From a virus (lineage: Duplodnaviria; Caudoviricetes), in IMG/VR virus record IMGVR_UViG_3300021560_000046, positions 1-32,311 of that record: DNA of 32,311 nt. One strand, written 5' to 3'. Each line of letters starts with the position of its first letter. Positions within the stretch are counted from its first letter, which is position 1. Shown one piece after another: positions 27,217-32,311 of this stretch. The position numbers were made by a program, and so were the translations under genes. The notes under the pieces are model-generated. The model had not been told where the DNA came from. It saw only the letters and a list, made by a program, of their open reading frames with translations, and did not search any database.

Positions 27217-27546
27217 TTAGTGGAGGACCGGCTTTACAAACCAACCGGCATCCGGCTTGAGATTTGCGCCTTCGTTGCGCAGCGGGCGCTCCGCACGCTG
27301 AGCCTGTTCGACCGCGTTGATCTGCGGATCGGCCTTGAGCACATCGGTCAGTTGCTGCACCACATCGTCGTGCATCTCGGCCAGTTTCTCACTGGCTGAT
27401 TGCGGCGGCTTGGGGGCTCCGCGTCCCGCGGCCGGCGCGGGATGGGCCTCCTTTTCCTTTTTGTCTTCGGCGCGGTAGTGCTCCGCCATCGCCGCGTGAT
27501 AGTCGATATTGCGCGTCAGCTTAGCCCGCATCGTTGGGGACATCAT
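27217..27546 (-). CDS. hypothetical protein (109 aa)
   Basis: GAGGAGG RBS before ATG 27546; sits in the operon between neck genes. Confidence 0.65.
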   Translation of the reverse strand: MMSPTMRAKLTRNIDYHAAMAEHYRAEDKKEKEAHPAPAAGRGAPKPPQSASEKLAEMHDDVVQQLTDVLKADPQINAVEQAQRAERPLRNEGANLKPDAGWFVKPVLH

Positions 27547-27556
27547 CAAGCCTCCT

Positions 27557-28339
27557 CTAACCGGGCGCACCAATCAGATGGATCGGGGCAGAGCCGGCCA
27601 ATCTCAGGTAGTAGAGGAACTGGTTGCCCCACGGCGTGAGGCCCCACCATCCGGCATTCGCTTCCATGCCGATTGAATTGTCATAAGAGAGCGACACGCC
27701 GCCAACGCTCTTCGAGGCGGCGATACCGGAGCCGACAAGCGGTGTGTAGCCGTAGCTACCGCCAGGGCCGGTCACCATTCCTGGGGGGCCGGCTCGCTGT
27801 ACCATCATGTCCGCGACAGCCAAATTGTGCGCCACCCACAGGTTGAGGCCCAAATTGAAAAACTGGCCCCAACGACGCTCATTGAGCGCGTAGGAGATGT
27901 TTGGCGGCGAACAGGCTTGGTTGATCCAATACTGAATTTCCGCGTCTGTAAAGCGGGCTGTGTTGGCGAAGGCCGGGAAGTCGATGCGGAACTGCCCCAC
28001 CGTCATGTAGACATCGGCCGGTTCGGTCGAGGTGCAAAGGAGCGTCGCGCTGTCGGTGAGCACCCGCGTATCCGCGAGCGTCACATCGGCCTGGATGACG
28101 TACATCACGCCGTCGAGCATCTGGCCCAGCATCGCGCTCGTCTTGTTGGTCGAGAAGGTCGGGGGCGCGAGGATGCGGCTCGCCGGATCGGGATCGGGGA
28201 CGGGCGAGGAGGGATCGACCGTAAGGGTCCATATCGCCGTGGTGATCGGGCTCACCAGCGGGCCGATTTGCGCCGTGAAGTCAAAGACAAAGAAATCCGA
28301 TGCCGGGGCCGGCTTGATCGGACCAAATGCGTCTGCCAT
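27557..28339 (-). CDS. fusion: fibre-adaptor-like (Gp77-like) N-terminal domain + DUF4054 head-tail adaptor
   Basis: N-terminal K.....D.F.FDF......I..A.W.......G..Y.I...VT....R.L..S..L; C-terminal FR.DFP.F.....D..I, L.VAH.L, SKSVG.VS.SYD, W..T.WG..F. Confidence 0.8.
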   Translation of the reverse strand: MADAFGPIKPAPASDFFVFDFTAQIGPLVSPITTAIWTLTVDPSSPVPDPDPASRILAPPTFSTNKTSAMLGQMLDGVMYVIQADVTLADTRVLTDSATLLCTSTEPADVYMTVGQFRIDFPAFANTARFTDAEIQYWINQACSPPNISYALNERRWGQFFNLGLNLWVAHNLAVADMMVQRAGPPGMVTGPGGSYGYTPLVGSGIAASKSVGGVSLSYDNSIGMEANAGWWGLTPWGNQFLYYLRLAGSAPIHLIGAPG

Positions 28340-30645
28340 TAGGCCGCTCTCCTGACCGCTGGGACCACTACAACGCGCTGGCTGTCATTGCCCCCCACCA
28401 CGCGATTACCCGCACCGTTGCCCGCCACACGGCCGCTGGGAGGGGCTGTAGCGACACGGTCGTATTGCTCATAGGTCTGCCGGTCATACGGCACGTCCGG
28501 TATCTCGCCCGGTATGCCGGCGGCCGAGTTTGCGGCGTGGACCGCGCCCGTGAGCACCATGACATCGATCGGTTCGGTCGCGACCAGTGTGCCGGTGCCG
28601 TAGATGCCACCGGCCAGATTGGCGGTGTCCGCCGCTTCGACCGCGTCGAGGACGCCGTTGTCGATGACGCCGCCGGCCAGGGACGCGTGATCGGGATTGT
28701 CGTTGGCGGCGAGCGTCGCCTGCCATGCGACGCCGCCGACAAACGATGTCGTGTCAGGGATATCAGTCGCCGCCAGGATACCGGCGACGCCGGTCACGCT
28801 ACCCGCGACCGTCGCCCCATCGATCGGGTCGGTCGCGCCGAGCGTCCCGCCCAGCCCCGAGAGCACTTGGCCCGCCAACGCCAGCGTGTCGCGGGCGTCG
28901 GTGAGCGCAAAGGAACCGCTGACATTGGTAAAGACGGTGCCCGCGACAGTGGCGGTATCGACCGGATCGGTTGCCGCCAGCGCGGCGTTCCACCGGATGG
29001 TGCCACTAAGACTGGCGGCATCGCGGTTGTCGGTTGTCGCCAGTGCCGCCAGCCACGCGATCGTGCCCGCAACACCTCCGGTATCGACCGGATCGGTCGC
29101 GGCCAGGACACATGTCCAGGCCACAAGTCCTGCAATGGCCGCCACGTCCACGTGGTCGGCGGCGGCCAGCGCTCCGGCAATCCCGGTAACCTGACCGGCC
29201 GCGGCGGCCGTATCGACCGGATCGGTCGCCGCCAGCGTCCCGCCTACGCCCGAGAGCACCGAGCCGCCAACATTGGCAGCATCGATGCTGTCGGTTGCTG
29301 CCAGCGTGCCGCTGAGCGCAATCAGCACCGTCCCAGCGAGTGCTGCCGCGTCGAGGGGATCGGCCGCCGCCAGTGCGGCTTGCCATGCCACGCCCCCGGT
29401 GAGCGCCGCGGTATCCCGCTGATCAGTGGCGGCCAGCGTGGCCGCCCAACTAACTTGACCGGCGAAACTACCGCTATCGATGAGGTCGGTACACGCCAGC
29501 GTACCGAGCCATGCCACAGTGGCGCTCAAGCTGGCAGCATCGATCGGATCGGTTGCTGCCAGGGTGCCGGTGGGCAGGACGACCAAATTGCCGGTGAGCG
29601 CCGCGACATCGACCGGATCGGTCGCGACCAGCGTGCCTGTGGCATAGATGCCGCCCGTGATGGCAGCCACATCTAGCGGGTCGGTGGTGGCTAGAGTTGC
29701 CTGCCAGACGATGGTGCCGGAGATGGTGGCACCATCTACGGGATCGGTTGCTGCCAGCGTCCCGGTGAGGCCGGTATCGACGACGGTCCCGGCCATCGCG
29801 CCGGTATCGACAACGTCGGTCGCTGCCAACGGGCCGATAAGGTCGGCAGTGCCGGTAATCGCTGCCGTGTCGATTGGATCGGTCGCCGCCAGCGGGCCGA
29901 TAAGGTCGGCAGTGCCGGTAATCGCTGCCGTATCGACGTGGTCGGTCGATGCCAACGGCCCGGTGACGATGTCTTGATAGTTCGGCGTCGTGAAGTTGCA
30001 GGCCGAGATATAGAATTTGGCGTCGCAGCTATTGGAACCGCCCGCCGTCGTAGTAATCCACTCTAAGGCAAGGAAAAGATATTCGTTGTTTAGCGTTATG
30101 GCCGGTGCGGCCCAGGTGTAGGTCGAGTTATAGGTTGTCGTCGTTGTCGCCAGCGAGATCGTCGTCGCCTGGACAGCGCCGGTTGTCAGTTCCCGCGCGC
30201 CCGAGCCCGTCTGGTTAGTCGAGGCATAGACGCGCAGCCGCATCGCCCCGGCCTGGGACGACGAAGTCGTGCAGCGCATGCCAAAGGTGAAGACCCAGTT
30301 GCCGGAAACAAAATTGCCGGTATAGGCACTCGCCGATGAGAAGGTATTTCCAGCGGTTGTCGCGCCGTTGCCGGTGCCGACACGCAGACCGGAGGTAAGA
30401 TACGAGGTGGTCGATGAAGTGGTGCCTGCCGCCGTCGCACCGAGATAGGCGTTAAAGTAGGTAGAGGCGGATGTCTTGGCGACGGTCCAGCCAAAGGTGG
30501 AAACGACGGCTGTCGGCGCGGTGCCGCCGTCTTGCAGCGAGCCGTTCCAATCCGGCGTCGTCGCCGTCGTGTTGAGGACATAAAAGGTTTTGGGAGCCGG
30601 GGCCGCTAGGGGCTCGATGGCTAGGGGCTCGATGCCGTCAAACAT
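28339..30645 (-). CDS. 768-aa 'rope'-type fibre protein: Thr/Ser-rich N-terminal domain + 22 repeats
   Basis: Repeats GxLAATDxxDxAAxxGxV; C-terminal RVVVVPAVRR; located in the head/neck gene block. Confidence 0.85.
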   Translation of the reverse strand: MFDGIEPLAIEPLAAPAPKTFYVLNTTATTPDWNGSLQDGGTAPTAVVSTFGWTVAKTSASTYFNAYLGATAAGTTSSTTSYLTSGLRVGTGNGATTAGNTFSSASAYTGNFVSGNWVFTFGMRCTTSSSQAGAMRLRVYASTNQTGSGARELTTGAVQATTISLATTTTTYNSTYTWAAPAITLNNEYLFLALEWITTTAGGSNSCDAKFYISACNFTTPNYQDIVTGPLASTDHVDTAAITGTADLIGPLAATDPIDTAAITGTADLIGPLAATDVVDTGAMAGTVVDTGLTGTLAATDPVDGATISGTIVWQATLATTDPLDVAAITGGIYATGTLVATDPVDVAALTGNLVVLPTGTLAATDPIDAASLSATVAWLGTLACTDLIDSGSFAGQVSWAATLAATDQRDTAALTGGVAWQAALAAADPLDAAALAGTVLIALSGTLAATDSIDAANVGGSVLSGVGGTLAATDPVDTAAAAGQVTGIAGALAAADHVDVAAIAGLVAWTCVLAATDPVDTGGVAGTIAWLAALATTDNRDAASLSGTIRWNAALAATDPVDTATVAGTVFTNVSGSFALTDARDTLALAGQVLSGLGGTLGATDPIDGATVAGSVTGVAGILAATDIPDTTSFVGGVAWQATLAANDNPDHASLAGGVIDNGVLDAVEAADTANLAGGIYGTGTLVATEPIDVMVLTGAVHAANSAAGIPGEIPDVPYDRQTYEQYDRVATAPPSGRVAGNGAGNRVVGGNDSQRVVVVPAVRRAA
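28531..29961 (-). repeat. 22 coding repeats of 21-24 aa (63-72 bp)
   Basis: Counted from GPLASTDHVD to GTLVATEPID; a 39-bp exact DNA duplication occurs at 29830-29868 and 29893-29931. Confidence 0.9.
30605..30634. repeat. 15-bp tandem duplication (IEPLA x2)
   Basis: GCTAGGGGCTCGATG twice. Confidence 0.8.
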
Positions 30646-30928
30646 CGACCCACTCCCATTTGTAGGAACAGGACGGACAGTGCGCGACGTGCGATGGCTG
30701 GGTCGGCCACACGTTGCAGCCGCTCAGATAATAGGGATCGGTGCCGTGGCCCAGGCATGCCGAAAGCCCGTCTGTTGATTTAAAAGTCAACAGCGGGCAC
30801 ATCCCTTCGCGTTCTGGCTTTTGTCGCATCAATTCCGAGCGGCGCGGGTCGTCCTCGCCATGCGGGAACGGATCACCGATACAGCATTCACCACATCGGT
30901 TGCATTCGCCGTGGCGCTGCCACGGCAT
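30638..30928 (-). CDS. YkgJ-like CxxCxxCC cysteine-cluster (Zn/Fe-chelating) protein
   Basis: CNRCGECC ... CPLL ... C ... C..WP ... CPSC. Confidence 0.78.
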   Translation of the reverse strand: MPWQRHGECNRCGECCIGDPFPHGEDDPRRSELMRQKPEREGMCPLLTFKSTDGLSACLGHGTDPYYLSGCNVWPTQPSHVAHCPSCSYKWEWVDV

Positions 30929-30931
30929 GGA

Positions 30932-31342
30932 TCACCCGTGAGTTAATGTGCCAGCCGTGATCGTGACGGTCTGGCCGCTGGTGATCGAGGTGCTGTTCAG
31001 ATTGATATCGGAGCCTGACGTGCCCACGGTCAAACCGCTGATCACCGTGGTCCCGGCGTTGTTGCGGAATTCCGCCAAGGCGGCGGTCCCGGTCGCGGAC
31101 GCGGTCGCGGAGAGCGGCACGCCTTGCAGTGTCGCCACCGCACCGGAGACAGTAAACGCCGTGGCGGGGAGCGCGATCGTCGCGAGCACGCCGGTCGCCC
31201 CGGCGAGCGCCGCCGTACCGATCACAAGCTGGCCCGCCGTTGCGGTCCCGGTCGCCGCCGCTGGTGTTCGGCTGGCGATGACATCAGCCATGACTTGCAT
31301 GCGGGGTGTTTTTACCGTCGCGGTAGCATAGGTGACCGTCAT
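30932..31342 (-). CDS. Ala/Thr-rich virion protein, probable fibre 'bead' subunit (Gp80-like)
   Basis: L.I.T......VLA.I.L....F....G...L......A.ATGTA..A......G......LTVGTSG.D..L..T.I..GQTV.IT..T.TH; lies upstream of the rope gene. Confidence 0.75.
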   Translation of the reverse strand: MTVTYATATVKTPRMQVMADVIASRTPAAATGTATAGQLVIGTAALAGATGVLATIALPATAFTVSGAVATLQGVPLSATASATGTAALAEFRNNAGTTVISGLTVGTSGSDINLNSTSITSGQTVTITAGTLTHG

Positions 31343-31503
31343 CGCGGTTCCTCCTTGGGAGCCTGCGGTGCGAGGTCGTCCGCTTCCTCGACAATGTCGA
31401 TCGTGCCCTCGATCGGCGGCAGCAACGTCCCACAGGCCGGATTATGCTGGTCGGTTGTCCCGTCGCAATACGGGCACCGGGTGTCGCCCATCATCACGCT
31501 CAT
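31339..31503 (-). CDS. 54-aa CxxC..H..C zinc-finger-like protein (absent from ORF track)
   Basis: MSVMMGDTRCPYCDGTTDQHNPACG...EEPR; ATGA overlaps at both ends. Confidence 0.65.
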   Translation of the reverse strand: MSVMMGDTRCPYCDGTTDQHNPACGTLLPPIEGTIDIVEEADDLAPQAPKEEPR

Positions 31504-32311
31504 CGCTTGTTGCGCGCCCAGAAGGCACGGTTGCGGAGGTTCTGGTTGTGCAGACTGTCGCCCACTTGGACGCCCGTGTAGGGCACCACGGAGCCCGTGG
31601 TCTTACCGGGATTACCGGGCGAGGAGAGATTGTTCATCGGTGGCTGGACGCCCTTCAGATTGACCTTCTCGTCCCGGCTGTCGGTGTTGATCCGGTAGCC
31701 CGTGGTCTTGCCGCCTACCGTGGAACTCGCCCCGACTTCGCCGTCCATCATCGGGGACGTACCGCCCGTGCTCGACATCGACATGCCGGCGGTCGGCGTG
31801 CCGCTCATCGAGCCGGTCATTATGTCTTGGTCGCCGGTCGAGGCCTCGGTCTGCTTTTCGGGCGCTTTGAATTTGCGATCGGCCGGCGGGATGCCCTGCG
31901 GCGTCATCACCGTGCCGAGAAGGTCGGGGCGGCGCTTGGGCGTCGCCAAGTCGAGGTTGCTCCGCACTTGCGACGGGGCAGCGACGACATCCTTGTCCGG
32001 GTGAAAAGCACTGACTTCGTCGGCGTCGCCGGTCTTGGCGCTCGCCTTCATCCACGGCGGCAATTTGCCGGAGGGGCCGCTCATGCCGCGGCCGGGGCCG
32101 CTGGCGTTGCTGGGCATGCTGGGCGTCGGCATGCCCGCAGGATTGCTTGGGCCTTTGGTCGGCGGGCCAGCCGCATCCCCGGCACTGGCACCGGGAGCAT
32201 GGGTCGCTAAGCCACCATCGTCTTTGTAGGATTTCCCGGCGTTGCGCAGCGCAGCAGCAACCGCCTGCTTCTGCGGATGACCGCTGTGCATCATCTCCGA
32301 TATATTCTCGG
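31500..32311 (-). CDS. low-complexity G/S/P/M-rich protein, probably 5'-truncated
   Basis: The frame stays open to the window edge (ENISEMMHSGHPQKQAVAAA...). The NI.E....G.PQKQAVA.A motif is common in phage head-region proteins. Confidence 0.7.
   Translation of the reverse strand, partial: ENISEMMHSGHPQKQAVAAALRNAGKSYKDDGGLATHAPGASAGDAAGPPTKGPSNPAGMPTPSMPSNASGPGRGMSGPSGKLPPWMKASAKTGDADEVSAFHPDKDVVAAPSQVRSNLDLATPKRRPDLLGTVMTPQGIPPADRKFKAPEKQTEASTGDQDIMTGSMSGTPTAGMSMSSTGGTSPMMDGEVGASSTVGGKTTGYRINTDSRDEKVNLKGVQPPMNNLSSPGNPGKTTGSVVPYTGVQVGDSLHNQNLRNRAFWARNKR

Noticed and set aside
4763-28339. Tailocin or extracellular contractile injection system
   Set aside because: Head-tail adaptor, head closure and neck genes are present, and there is no AAA ATPase or effector pattern, so this fits a real phage.
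28531-29961. CRISPR-like periodicity (~63-70 bp)
   Set aside because: The repeats are degenerate, in frame and protein-coding, with no identical repeat plus unique spacer structure and no cas genes.
1516-32311. Stop-codon reassignment
   Set aside because: TAA, TAG and TGA all end genes cleanly at expected boundaries under the standard code.

Overview
This window is part of a high-GC tailed-phage (or prophage) genome. About 30.8 kb (1516-32311, minus strand) is one tightly packed late operon for a contractile-tailed virion of the DUF4054/DUF3383/DUF3277/Gp138/Baseplate-J/DUF2612 type. It covers neck, sheath, tube, a frameshifted tail chaperone, tape measure, baseplate and fibres. It converges on a hairpin-rich intergenic region (1163-1515) and five small plus-strand hypothetical genes. 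No capsid, terminase, integrase, endolysin, RT, tRNA or CRISPR was seen. The notable feature is the number and modularity of the predicted appendages. (i) There are two separate 'bead + repeat-rope' fibre modules: one at the neck (22 repeats, next to an adaptor-DUF4054 fusion) and one fused to the DUF2612 baseplate wedge (10 repeats). (ii) The central spike continues into a fibre and may chain further fibres through DGGxF C-termini and Mtd_N-like N-termini. (iii) Three S74-chaperone fibres are each followed by a member of one small paralogous family. (iv) A WDDGxTxWD tail is shared by the tail terminator and the wedge. All family assignments come from motif recognition by eye, not from database searches.
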